Shown here piece by piece: positions 1 to 11,704 of a stretch of DNA of 64,000 bases. A program made the translations under genes and the position numbers. Origin of the DNA: Phoronis australis (lineage: Eukaryota > Animalia > Phoronida); contig NMRA01000040.1 in NCBI GenBank assembly GCA_002633005.1, positions 17,362 through 81,361 of the forward strand, read 5' to 3'. A model generated the notes under the pieces. It searched no databases. It was given only the letters and a program-made list of their open reading frames with translations, and was not told the origin of the DNA. Positions within the stretch are counted from its first letter, which is position 1; each line of letters begins with the position of its first letter.

Positions 1-460
1 TACTAGTCGTCGACTATTACAGTTCATTCTGTATTGTTCGCAAGCTTTCGTCTACGACTTCGTCAAGCATCATACAACAACTACGTATGGTCATGTCAGA
101 ATATGGTATCCCGCATTCCCTTGTGAGCGATAACGGTCCACAGTACAGCAGTGATGAATTTCGAAGATTTGTTGAAGAGTATGACTTCAAGCATGTGACT
201 AGCAGCCCGCACTATCCACATGCTAATGGAAAAGCAGAAAGATTCGTCGGGACAGTGAAGAGATGTCTCCAAAAGTCGTTAGAAACTGGAGATGATCCAC
301 AGATGGCGCTGCTATGTCTACGCACTACGCCCATTGCCTCTGGATTACCTTCTTCAGCCGAATACATGTTCAACCGTAAGGTTCGTTCAAACCTACCCGT
401 AGTCAACAACAAAGAAAAGGAACTGCCATATCCTGCAAAGTCCACAAAGCAAAGTGTTTC
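1..460 (+). mobile_element. Gypsy/Ty3 LTR retrotransposon integrase fragment (runs off the window start)
   Basis: Frame open from nt 3: LVVDYYS...YGIPHSLVSDNGPQY...TSSPHYPHANGKAERFV...ALLCLRTTP, the rve D-D(35)E core. It is truncated at the junction with a Kolobok-like repeat near 460. Confidence 0.92.
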
Positions 461-1243
461 ACACTGAATTAGTATGTGGTCACACACCCTCGGTGCCTGG
501 TCAATTACCTTTTTGGCATCTGAAGCCGGTAACGCAGCTGTTTATTCATTGCTGGTTTCTCAAAACATCTGCACTCACGAATACTCCAAAGGCATTACAA
601 ATTGTATCTAACGAGACAGACTTTCTTTCAGTTTTATATAAGCATTGGTTAGGGCTAGAATATTTCATTTTGAAACAGAACGCAGAACGTCAACAGAATC
701 CTGACTTCAAGACGAGAGTATATACGACGAAGACTTCGCAGGTGGGTCGTTAAGTTTCACAGGCTATCAGTTCGAACTGGAATACAGTGATCAAGAACTA
801 CTAGAGAGGCGCCGTGAACATGCACAGACAACGGAACGTATGGATAGTTCTTTGGTAAGCCGGCATTCGTCAGACTCACTGTCGACGACTGCCGGCCACA
901 GACACGAAGATTCACGGCCTAATACTTGCTATTAACAGCGTACTTTTCATTCTTCACTACCGCGAGCCACTTCCTAAGTATTTCGGACTCTCGAAGAAGT
1001 CGAAAAAACGATGTACCCACTTTCCTCGCAGCTGCATAGTTCGGACAAACTGGAACGATGTACCGCAACATAGCGGCATTCACTCTGCAAATGAACCACT
1101 GACGTCGCTGCGTCGTTTCTCACTTTCCTCACAGGTTAACGCGACACCTCTCGGCAAGGTAAGGGCGACCGTATGCGAGGCGATTTGGATATAGACCGAT
1201 TAAGACGGTAAAAAAGACTAATTAAATCGGGTGGCATTCTCCT
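460..1243. mobile_element. Right part of a Kolobok-like non-autonomous DNA transposon (same family as 9931-11600)
   Basis: Colinear with ~10815-11600 and ends GGGTGGCATTCTCCT followed by TTAA (1244-1247). Confidence 0.8.
830..1071 (-). pseudogene. Decayed THAP zinc-finger domain (transposase N-terminus)
   Basis: MLRYIVPVCPNYAAARKVGTSFFRLLRESEILRKWLAVVKNEKYAVNSKY*AVNLRVCG. Pattern C-x4-C...SFF.xP...W...VC is more complete in the sister copy (MLRCIVPAC, GISFFLLP). Confidence 0.7.
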
Positions 1244-1327
1244 TTAATGGCATAACCAATGTAGTCAAATACCTAGTCTATGCTGAGAAACGGAAATGTA
1301 CTATATTAGATGTTGTATTGTAGTCTT

Positions 1328-1383
1328 TGTGTGTGTGTGTGTGTGTGTGTGTGTTTGTGTGTGCGTGCGTGCGTGCGTGTGTG
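1328..1383. repeat. (GT)n/(GCGT)n microsatellite
   Basis: Directly visible in the sequence. Confidence 0.97.
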
Positions 1384-2135
1384 GCCATCAGTGCCACTCT
1401 GCTATCTAGTTTCACTTCCCTGGTCCCAGACGCAGAATGAACGTGTTGCTCAGGTCGGCTGAATTTTGGTCAAGCGAAAACATCTCTTTTTCAGTCCTCC
1501 GTCGATCGTGGAGTGCCCGTGTTGCTACTTATTCCAGGGGAAATATTGTAAAACTGTCTCCAAGATATGTTTTCTGTGGCGTGAGGTCAATGCAAATTCA
1601 CTAAACCACCCTTTGTTTTCAGCTATACCTATGTTTTTATCAATTTTTAAGGAGGTCTTGATCTGCAGGAAATCGTCTGTAGCTAGACTGTTTTTCTCGC
1701 TTACTGTTTATAAAGGAGACAGACACACAACACGTATAACCTTCTCATTACCGCTTCTCCTGTTCCCTTGCTGACACAATTGTTTAATAAATGATACGTC
1801 TATACCCACAATGGAACATTTTCACCCATTTCCAATATGGCAGGGCTGCAACTCCGCTGTTCCACTGAATGTATCATTGCTACTGCATACAAAATGAGAT
1901 GTTGCATTGCTCATAAAGATTTCTTCGGAACATTACGCATAAGCGAGACACAATGAACATGTTGTTCTCAAATATCAGCTGGAAGTGCAATTTTGTTCGT
2001 ACGCCTACAAAAAAACACTCGCAATAGTAGGCCTACTTCATCAAATGCTTCTAGCGTTTGTTTTCTATACTGGCTAGAGAATTGGAAGGACAGTTGCTGT
2101 TCTTATACCCTGACAACTGAAATACATATACCAAC

Positions 2136-2399
2136 CTGTAATAACGCTGATCGACCCACTTTCAACTTCATCGAAACCCTGCATTGTTTTGACTGATACT
2201 TTGTAGACGCTTCCTGGAGTGGCATCTTCGCAACGTTCCGAATTACGTGTTTTTAATACACTTGAGGACACCTCGTCCCCTTTTGGGCTCACACAGAGGA
2301 GTGTATAATAGCCGAAGTTCCCCTTTGCTGGTTGCCAAATAACAGAGATCGAAGTCGTGGTGACGTTTGTCACATTGACACTTCGCACCACGTCAAGTG
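2136..2399 (-). CDS. FN3-domain exon (type A) of a multi-FN3 gene, most 3' exon found
   Basis: 264 bp, ttcacag|...|gttggt, phase 1-1. LDVVRSVNVTNVTTTSISVIWQPAKGNFGYYTLLC...CEDATPGSVYKVSVKT shows the FN3 W, Y and PG..Y motifs. Confidence 0.88.
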
Positions 2400-3057
2400 C
2401 TGTGAACAAAAAAGTCTCAGAGAAGATAGCTGCCATGTGGCTTTCATTGCAAGGATCAAACTTCCTCAACAACTTTTAAATTATTAATAGCAGATCCGTA
2501 ATGTCTTTGGTGATCACAGAATATTAATTTGTTCACAGAAGCAATGCCTACACGTTCACAATCAGGTGATTGGGATATTTTTGCTACAAAAACCGTGATT
2601 TGTAATGAACATGACGAAGTTCTACAAATCTCAATTTTCCCCTCTTCAATGTCGTTTTCATGCCATTTGTTACAAAAACATGCATGGAGTTTATTTTATC
2701 TCAAAAGCTAGACTGTCAAAAATCAGGACTTCCGTCAGTAACTTACTTTCAGTCAGTTGAAATTTCAATACTATCGAGTGGCAGAAGTGATTCCCTAGAT
2801 CTCATTGACTTTTTATTGCTTGCCTTCTTTCTGTATTTGCAACGTGGTTTTTCGAAAAGATGCAAAAGGTAGCAATAACATGTCGAAGAGGGCCAGCTTC
2901 GGTTCTGTGACGCCGCGAGAATATTGTCAGACACCGAGTCTGCACCTAAAGCAAATACGCGTATTATCACTGTAATTGCCAAGAACTAGCGTCGGAGTTT
3001 CGTAGAGACGAGAAAAAAAGCGATCTTTTTGCTGAAAAACTCAATGTATCTAAAATT

Positions 3058-4942
3058 TTCAACCACACGACGCAACTTTTGTAAAAACACACTTGCGCAA
3101 TGTAAAGTTATTCAGTTACTTTTTGTTAATAGCTTTATTTTAAGCTTAACAATTGTAAATTGTATTCAGGTTTCGTAGCAAATATTCAAGTTAGAATCTA
3201 ACAAATAGTCTTTGAAGTTGTATTATTTTAATATTACATTTTAAAAAATGTTTATAAATAGCAGTCAGCAAGGTTTCCCCGCGCATGAGCACTGAAGTGA
3301 CCTTGAGACAGCACAGTTAGACAGTCTCGCCGCGTTTCTTGAGTTGGGGCTTGTCTTGAACGTGGTTATAGAATTCGCCGCCGAAGATGGGTCCGTTTAA
3401 GAAGTTGTTTGCATGTCCTTCCGACCGGGAGTACGTACAGTTGCGAAACCCGATTTGTCAATCATAACCTTGTTACCTTTTCGGAATTCCGGCATTGTTT
3501 GGTTTGCGCGCGTTTGGTTGTTTTTGTGTTTTGCAGACGATAAAATGTAAGTCGCACGGATTTCTATTTGACACTACTTTGTGATTTACCAATGTAACAT
3601 CAAAAAATTACGTACTCGGTGTTGTTAACGACATGACTGGTTAACAACACCGATATTGTTATAATTGCATCATTTTTTGGCCATAGTAAGATTAAGACAC
3701 GGATAATCGCCGCACAAATAAAAAAGTTCATACAGGGAATAGTATCTCTTGCTACTCTCATTTCACTACGTGGATGTGACCTGACTGGTATTCGACACTT
3801 GCTGTCTTATTTTTTTATTATCCTGAAGATGTCTTATTAACAGACAAAACGTTGAATGCATGAATTTTTTCATTTGTGCGGCGATTGTCCGTTTTTTAAT
3901 CTTACTATGGCCAAAAAATGATGCAATTTACAATATCGGTGTTATTAACCAGTCGTGTCGTTAACACATTCCAGGTCATGTGAGAAATTAAATTACTACA
4001 AAATGGTTGATTAATTTAAAAGCAGGCAAGCTTCGGAATTTTGACAAAATTTTCAAGAAATTTTGCCCATGCCATAAACCTGAGACGAGTGGAGGATTTG
4101 TTTTCTCACGTGAACCCTAAAAACGATCGTTTTGCCGAAAAACTAGACCTGTATAGAGCATTCAACCACATGACGCAAGTTTTGTAACAACACGCTTGCG
4201 CAATGCAAAATAAACCCAGTTAGTTTTTGTTAATAATTTTATTTTAAACTTGACAATTGTAAATTGCAATTTAGCTTTCGTAACAAACGTTGAAGTTAAA
4301 ATATAAAAAATATTCTTTGAAGTTGTAATATTAAAACTTGACAAATGTTTATAAATACCAGTCAGCAGGGCTTCCCGAGCGTGAGCGCTGAACTGACCTT
4401 GAGACAGCCCAGCTAGTCAGTCTCACTGGGTGATATGTTGAGTTGGGGCATGATGAGATTCGTGTCCGTTTGAATGAACGTGGATTTGGAATTCGCCGCG
4501 GAAGATGAATCCGTTAAGAAATTGTTTGCATGTCCTTCCGACTGGGAGTAAGTACGTGTGTTTCAATGACTTGGTTAGGGTCGCAGTCGACTAACCGGCT
4601 TGACCCTTGACCCGCGGATTGTTACATTTTTCACTTTCAGCTAATTCTGTTAGTGTGGCTTCGTGAATGTTAAAGAAAAAATTGTCCCATCTGTTTTTTT
4701 ACCGTGTAGAGTGATTGCAGTTGCAACACCCGATTTGTCATCCAATACTTTGTCTCATTCACGGAATTCCGGCATTATTTGGTTGTTGGCATTAGTGTTT
4801 TGCAGACGATGAAATGTAAGGCGAATGACTTTCTACTCTATGCTACTTTGTGATTCGCCCACGTACAATATCAAAAAATAGTGTACTCTGTGTTATTAAC
4901 CAGTAGTCGTGTCGTAGCACATTCCAGATCATGTGAGAAATT
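3058..4942. repeat. Two diverged direct copies of an intronic repeat (~3058-3990 and ~4161-4942)
   Basis: Both start ttcaaccaca.gacgcaa.ttttgtaa and end cacattccag.tcatgtgagaaatt; they align throughout apart from copy-specific inserts. Confidence 0.85.
3624..3965 (+). mobile_element. Short Penelope-like insert with a degenerate hammerhead core and long inverted arms
   Basis: Arms ~3624-3730 and ~3859-3965 are inverted. Core CTGAAGA-t-gtct..agac-AAAACGTT at 3823-3853. Homologous to 40985-41140. Absent from the sister repeat at ~4885-4925. Confidence 0.7.
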
Positions 4943-4962
4943 TCAGTGCCAGTCCTTCTTAC

Positions 4963-5289
4963 TGTTTGATTAGTGTAAGGTCACCCATTTACTTTAGCTT
5001 TTGACACCGGCTGCTATCGAAACTCTCACGATTTGTCAGCGGCAGCGACTGACTTTGTCAGCGGATACTTCTTCGCAGTTGGAAATGTATGGAACATGAT
5101 ATTCTTGTTCATCCATTGGTATTTCAAAAGTTTTACCTTTTTTCGCAATGCATTTCCATCCCACCGTACAATAGCGCTAATTTGCGAGCATTATAATTGC
5201 AGAAAAGGGGATGAAACGCTCTGCATTCCAGTGGACCGGTTGAAACCTCCCGTCCGCATCACATTGGATATGTAGGTGCCGCGGAACGC
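4963..5289 (-). pseudogene. Decayed phase 1-1 exon within the FN3 gene
   Basis: 327 bp (multiple of 3), gtacag|GC...AACA|gtaag. Translation VPRHLHIQCDADGRFQPVHW...SKWVTLH*SN carries 4 in-frame stops. Confidence 0.4.
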
Positions 5290-5294
5290 CTGTA

Positions 5295-5649
5295 CAGTTA
5301 AAATGAGCCTATGAATTTTGTTGTTGAAGATCTACATAATAGATGACTTTCCATCATTGTCGCACCATGTTGATACTCACTAACATACCAGACGGCGATC
5401 GGGGTAGAGTCCAGTAACGTTAGAACCTATGCTTGGACTAAATTATAGCCAAAATCAAGTGTTTTCATTTAATATACACAGCAATATCTCACGTTATTTC
5501 GCAAAGGTCTTAGCGTTACTGAACTCTATCCTGATCGCCGTCTGGCGGGTTAGTGAATATGAATATGGTGCTTCTATTTTTGAAGTCATCTCTGGTATTA
5601 GAGACTTGTAGCTCTTCAACAACAAAACTCGTAGGCTCAATTCTAACTG
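5295..5649. mobile_element. Foldback/MITE-like element with ~135 bp imperfect inverted arms
   Basis: 5295-5430 matches the reverse complement of ~5507-5649 (cagtta.aa.tgagccta.ga.ttttgttgttgaaga...ccagacggcgatc.g..tagagt.cagtaacg). Confidence 0.8.
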
Positions 5650-6028
5650 GGGTGTGTATTTGACTTACGACGCCGTTTACTTCGAACGTAACACGCATGC
5701 GATCCATAGGGCGAAAATCTCGCGAAAACGCACGAAAATGCGACTTCACGAAATATAGCCATGTATTACAAGTGAAGCACGCGATCACTCTAGCTTCCTT
5801 GGCAAGAATCTTGCGTCTACGAAACTAGTTCACAGATATTTTCCTGTGGTCGCAAGGGCGAGTTCCGCCGTGCTATAATGCAGACCATGCGATTTTTTAC
5901 TTTTCCACTTTGGCGATACATGTGCACAACTATAGTACTGTCTCCATTTGAACCCCTTATTCTTATGGATGTCATGACCATGAGCTCAACCTCTAATAAC
6001 TTAATTATTTTTGTTACAACCACCTCAC

Positions 6029-6328
6029 CTGTATTAACCTTTAGTTCAATGCCGATACTGCGTTCCGTTTTGGTGACCCCAGACACGCTCTTAGTGCTCT
6101 CGGTAAATACTGTGACACTGTACTTGGAGCCAGGCACTAGATTTGTGTAGGTGATAGATGTCTCGCTAGGCCCTAACTTGTGGGGACAAGGTGGACTAGC
6201 GCCCTGTTCCGTTGGACTGTACTCAACGACGTAGTTAGTGAACGACCCCAACGTCGGTGGATTCCAGCTCACTGTTACGGAGGTAGCAGTGGGATCGTCG
6301 AAGGACGCTTTCTGCGGAGGTTTTGGCA
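6029..6328 (-). CDS. FN3-domain exon (type B)
   Basis: 300 bp, aattag|TG...ACAG|gtgagg, phase 1-1. VPKPPQKASFDDPTATSVTVSWNPPTLGSFTNYVVEYSP...YTNLVPGSKYSVTVFT. Confidence 0.9.
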
Positions 6329-6355
6329 CTAATTTGCAAATAGTTATAAAATATA

Positions 6356-6640
6356 GTTGTGGTGATGGTTGCAGTAGTGGTGATGAAAATGGTGGTGGTG
6401 GTGGTGGTGATGTTGTTGTTGGTGGTGGTTGTGGTAGCGGTGGTGGTGCTAGCGGGAAGGAAGTAAACGATGGCGATGACAATGGCGGTGGTAGCGCCGT
6501 CGGTGATAGTAGTGGGTGCTGAAGGTGGTAGTGGTGTTGGCGGATGGTGGCGTCGTCGAAAATGGTGGTGTTGGTGAGAGTGGTGCTGACAATGGAGGAG
6601 ACGGTGATAAGGGTGGTGTTGAGGATGGTAGCGATGGCAG
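6356..6640. repeat. Degenerate (GGT)n trinucleotide tract, intronic
   Basis: Runs of ggt/gat/ggc just upstream of the 6328 acceptor. Confidence 0.9.
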
Positions 6641-6969
6641 AACGGAGGAATGGGAATTGCGAGACAATGTACAAAACTTTGTAGGCATTCCACGATCGTA
6701 TCTCCCATCTTCCCTCCTAATATTCTATCGCAACTTCCATCCTATCAAAACTTGGGATGGTTTTCAGGTACATGCTCCCAAGTTCATAAATTCGCTTTCT
6801 ACGTTTATTGTCATGGTCGATGACTTTGCAGCCAATCACTTGATCATTAACTTTAAAAAAACGGTCTGTGATCATTGAAGTGGTGCATAAAAATTGACAA
6901 AATGTTGATCACAAAACATGAAAATCCTACTTTAATAACCTTAACTGGTGTAACTTTAGTTATAATCGT

Positions 6970-7370
6970 CCTGGGTCAGAGGTCTATAATCTTATTATTC
7001 GAAATCGAACTCCAAATTATGCTGGCTCTTTTTTACTCTGCTTTTGTGCGAACTCGAAATGATAATTGTTTATTGTTCTCAACAACATAATGGCTTGTGG
7101 ATAACTTTTCAATCCTCTTTTGCACTTGATGGCCCCAGCATTAAAGCTAAAAGTTCGAGTTTGAACTCGAAGTTTTTACTCGAAATGTCGAGGTTTTACT
7201 CTCAAGCTTGTAGCGCGAATATAGGGGTCACCAAGTGCAAAATTGGACTCTGGAAACTCGTACTCGATCACAGAATGATAGTCACTTATCTCTAGTTCAC
7301 ACAAAAGTAGAATGGAAATTGCCAGAAATAATGTCGAGTTTGATTTCGAGTACAAAGGTTAGAGCCCAGG
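6970..7370. mobile_element. Palindromic MITE, PIF/Harbinger-like family
   Basis: cctggg..tct.atctt.t.tcgaaatcgaactc at the left end is inverted to gagtttgatttcgagtacaaaggttagagcccagg at the right. Related copies at 9520-9834, 41984-42393, 50002-50400, and a split copy around 9890-13500. Confidence 0.7.
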
Positions 7371-7681
7371 TCCATGGTTACTGCAACAACACACTTCGCT
7401 TTAGTTTGCAGTAAAAAGGTGCCACAATGTTCGTATCTTAAAACCCCAAACGGAACGCGGTGTCACTAAAATCATTAAGGGACAATTGAATAAAATATTT
7501 GTCTCAGAAAAAATACAGAAAGTGAGAGAGATAAGAGATAAACTTATATGTAGAAATACGCATACAAATCAGATCGAGGCTATGAATGATAAAAATGTGA
7601 TCAAATAGGCTCGCTTTTGAGATGCACAGCAGACTCCAATGCTGATTAGTCTGGGTTCGAGACTAGGCTCGTTTTACTTAC

Positions 7682-7939
7682 CTGTCAGAGCCCCCTGTGG
7701 TGAACTTTCAACATCAGAGTAATTTTGCTTTCTCGTAACAACTAGAACGTTGTACCATTGTCCTGGTGTGGCTCCACTGCATGTGCCGGTGTGGAACATT
7801 TTTGGTACCACTACTGAAATATTCTTCTTACCCCAGCACAATAAAAGGTAGTCATCTTTGTTCCCATCGGTATGTCCCCAGAGAACCTCGATTTTTGTCG
7901 TGCTGGTTGCCACTGTGACGCCATGAACGCCGTCCAGTT
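7682..7939 (-). CDS. FN3-domain exon (type A)
   Basis: 258 bp, tttcag|AA...ACAG|gtaagt, phase 1-1. LDGVHGVTVATSTTKIEVLWGHTDGNKDDYLLLC...CSGATPGQWYNVLVVTRK. Confidence 0.88.
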
Positions 7940-9519
7940 CTGAAACCGAGTGATGAGGTTTTAACCAGGAAAGATCGATGGGCTGGGTTCGCTTGTGCCT
8001 GGTTTCTCGTTTACTACCGGCTGGTACGTGAATGGTATTTGTCGAAAACTTGTTCGTTTAATTGGTAAAGATTTTTAAGCACTTGCACGTACTCTCTTAA
8101 AAGGTTGGGTGCCTAAGTTTTTCAAAGGCAAAAATTTATGTGCTTCTCAGTAATTAAGCATATTCAGCGTCCATCTAAACGCGCTAGCCGGGTACGTAAA
8201 ACTGTTTTTCTAAGTTTGCGATACTTTTTACCGCGCCTGGTGCATGTCGACAGTCACAATAGAACTGCGTTATAGTTGAAAAACGCGCTCAAATATGAAC
8301 ATTGCGTAACCCCTCTACAAAAATGTGTACCTTTGTGTTATCACCTTATTTCACAAACTTGCGTTGTCACATATATTATGCAGTTATCATATGACTCCGA
8401 AAAACTATCAGTCCACGCTAAGTCAATGGCTCGTTCACAAATATGCCAAAATGCCGATCAAATGAATGGACTGTGCCGTAAATCTTGACCGACGGCAATG
8501 ATATTACACTGGGTGAGGTCGAATTTTAGTACGACCCGACATGAAGTAATGGTAAGATTTCAAATTAGCCTCAGAAATACGTCAATATGTCATAAGGCGA
8601 ATTGAGATCTCATCCAGACAAACTTCGGAAGGGTCAATGAACAATCGATACGCCGAACGATGGAAGTAAAAGCACTACGCTTCAATCGTGAATTAGTTTT
8701 CAAAAGAATGTTGAGATTTTACATAATTTGTCTTGAACCTTATTATTAATTAGTTACATCAGCTAATTAACATTTTGCCCTGTAATTTTCGATAGAATGG
8801 CGATAAATAACCACAGTCCATAGAAAATACACAGCAAGATAGCAACTGGAACGACTCACGCTCCTACCAATCCTGGTGGCGAAAATTATTAATGTGCAAG
8901 ACTCCTATTAGCGCACGTTTTATTAATATCCGCTCAGAAGAGGTGAACGCTTTACTTAATTGTTTTATCATTGATACAATATCTTAAAAAATAAGTCGAG
9001 ACTAACATATTCCCGTTCTTTGTACACGGGCAGCCACAAAGTTCAGTGAGATATCAGCACTAACGTATATGTATTTTCATTCAAGTTTTATGTTATTCGT
9101 AAAAGTTCTCAACATTCTAAGTATTATAGGAGTTCTCGGCAAACAAACCTTATGGATGTACGTAAGAAATCTGTCCGCAGATATCCCCCGGGAATTTATT
9201 TGGGGAAACATGTATGGTTGAGTTCGAAAACTTTCCCAGTTAAGTAAGAAATGGACACCAAAACTGTAACTAAAGCAAGTGTTGAACAAAAAGCTCTTTC
9301 ATGTGGGAAATATTATACGTCGATGTCATGTGCATTAACTGCCTCGGTTTCAATTTTCTGAACGATTATTCGTCCTTTTGATTTTGATCCCTTCACTGAT
9401 ATTGTGCCAATGAATGCTCCGGCCTTGTCTGCTGTCAACTCCGGTGGTGGTGTTCCCAAACAACATGTATACTCTTGAGCAGCACGGAACCCAAACTCGA
9501 ACTTCCGTTTTTTGTTCTG

Positions 9520-9834
9520 GGCCCCGGATCTATTGTTTTCAAGCGAGATCAAACACGAAATTATTTTTTACATTTCCTATTCTATTTTTGCTTTTATTTG
9601 CACTAAAGATAAGAGTCTATTATTCTGTGCTCGAGTATTATTAACTGTCTTATCCTGGTTTACATGCACTTAAGGGCTCCATCACTGAGGCTAAAAGTTC
9701 GAAATCTCGAGTTTTCACTCTAAATCTCGAACTTTTAAATAGACACTTATCTTGAGTTTTCACGAAAGTAGTATAGCAAATGTCAAAAATAATTACGAGT
9801 TCGACTTTGCGCAGAAAGATCCAGATTCCGGGCC
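9520..9834. mobile_element. PIF/Harbinger-like MITE with CTG target duplication
   Basis: ctg|ggccccggatct...agattccgggcc|ctg: a 3-bp CWG TSD with GG/CC termini and long imperfect internal inverted arms. Confidence 0.7.
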
Positions 9835-9930
9835 CTGGTGGCACAAACTCGAGATTTTTGTCTCTATAACTGTGTGGTTTCCATCATTGAATATCTAATC
9901 TCAATTTGCCCTGGATGATAACATCATTAA

Positions 9931-11600
9931 AGGAGCATGCCACCCAAAAAACAACCTAATTTGTATCAATTTAGATCGAGTAGTTCTACTCCATAACGAC
10001 ACGTTAGGTTGCGTTACCTGACGCCTGACGGCAGACGGAGGTGTTGAAATTATCCAATGACGTCATCGGTTTCACACGCAGTCTGTTCAGCATTTCACAA
10101 CACGGGTTACTGGTGTCAGCTTATCGCTTGAAGTCATCGTTTAACACCAATAAATCATCAAACTTCGATGTAAAACCCTTAAAAATACACCGAGTTCTTA
10201 TAAAAACGTGTTGTTTTATTTCGCTCTTACGGATTTATTGGTATTTGGACACACCGTAGCCTACAAAGTTCGGCAGGTCAATAAGGTCCGTAGCAGGAGT
10301 TTGGGGTTTATTCGGAGATAATTTCGAAGTATTTTCCGTGAGATACAGACAGGAGAACCTAGATCTGTGTTGTTTAGACGAATGATTTTTTGAGTTCTAA
10401 ACCCAAAACGCTTGTTATCCTGGCTAGTGGCTCGGAGCCCAATCAAGCCCGTCGCGGCCGGCCGGATTGACTTCATTGTGGCGGGCCAGTGGCTCGGAAA
10501 CTGATCAGACATTACGAACACAAACCAGCCAAAGTTCAGTGGAAACTTAACTTCGAGTCAAGAAAATACTATACTAGCGAGCCAAAGTAATATGCACGCG
10601 TGATTATGTTGGTGAATTAGCCACGAAACTGCAAATCTACTTACTCGTCGGGGGCCGCGAATTCACTCGGGTTCCGCTTTGGCCACAGCACCGTCTGGGC
10701 AGAAGTTGTACATTGACAGTCATTATTTGAGTAATGTAAACGTAAATAAAGATTCCCCTAACACCTAGCCGTGGGATGGAAATCGAGTTGTTTCACAACA
10801 GTTTCTGCCAGCAAACACTAAATTAGCATGAGCTCACATGGCGGCCTCGGTGTCCCGTCAATTAGTTTTATTGCACCTAAAGCCGGTAACCCAGTGATTT
10901 ATTCATTGCTGGCTTCTCAAATCATTTGCACTCACAAACACTCCAAAGGCATTACAAATTGCATCTAACGAGACAGACTTTGTTTCAGTTGGTAAGGATG
11001 AGAAGGCATTTTGAAACAGAACGCTCAGTACTAAACGCCAACATGGCAACTCGCAATCCCGACTTAGGACGAGCTAGAGCTCATCAATCCCGACTTTGCA
11101 GGTGGATCGTTAAGTTTTACAGGCTATCAATTCGAACAGGAATACAGTGATGAAGAAATGCTAGAGAGGCGCCGAGAACAAGCTCAGACAACGGAACAGG
11201 GAGTTATTTGGTAAGCCGGCATTCGTCGCTGAGCCACTGTCGACGTCTGCATGCCACAGACACGGAGATGTTTCACGGCCTCATACTTGCTATTTACAGC
11301 GTACACTTCATTCTTCACTACCATGAGCCACTTCTTAAGCATTTCGGACTCTCGAGGAAGTAAAAAAAACGATATACCCCTTTCCTCGCAGATGCTTAGT
11401 TCGGACAAGCGGGAACGATGCACCGCAACATAGCGGCATTCACTCTGCATATGAACCACTGACGTCGCTAACGTCGTTTCTCACCTTCCTCACAGGTTAA
11501 CGCGACACCTCTTGGCAAAGTGGGTCGACCGTATGCGAGACGATGTGGATATAGACCGATTAAGACGGCAAAAAAGACTAAAATCGGGTGGCATTCTCCT
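9931..11600. mobile_element. Internally deleted Kolobok-like DNA transposon (1670 bp) with THAP remnant
   Basis: TTAA|AGGAGCATGCCACCC...GGGTGGCATTCTCCT|TTAA: 15-bp TIR with 1 mismatch, AG..CT termini, TTAA TSD. Minus-strand THAP from the ATG at 11431 (MLRCIVPACPN*...GISFFLLP..KKW..HLRVCG). Confidence 0.85.
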
Positions 11601-11704
11601 TTAAAGCTGTAAGTTCGAGTGTGAGTTTGAAGTTCAGTTTCTTAATCGAAGTGAGTGGTCATTGTGTGAGAACTTGGACCAGAAACTCGTTTGCCTAAAC
11701 TTAA

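Noticed and set aside
2745-2982. Possible additional exon between FN3 exons
   Set aside because: No FN3 signature, and the donor phase does not fit the open frame.
6235-6878. Pro-, His-, Thr- and Gly-rich ORFs in several frames
   Set aside because: These are by-products of an intronic (GGT)n tract; the real exon begins at the 6328 acceptor.
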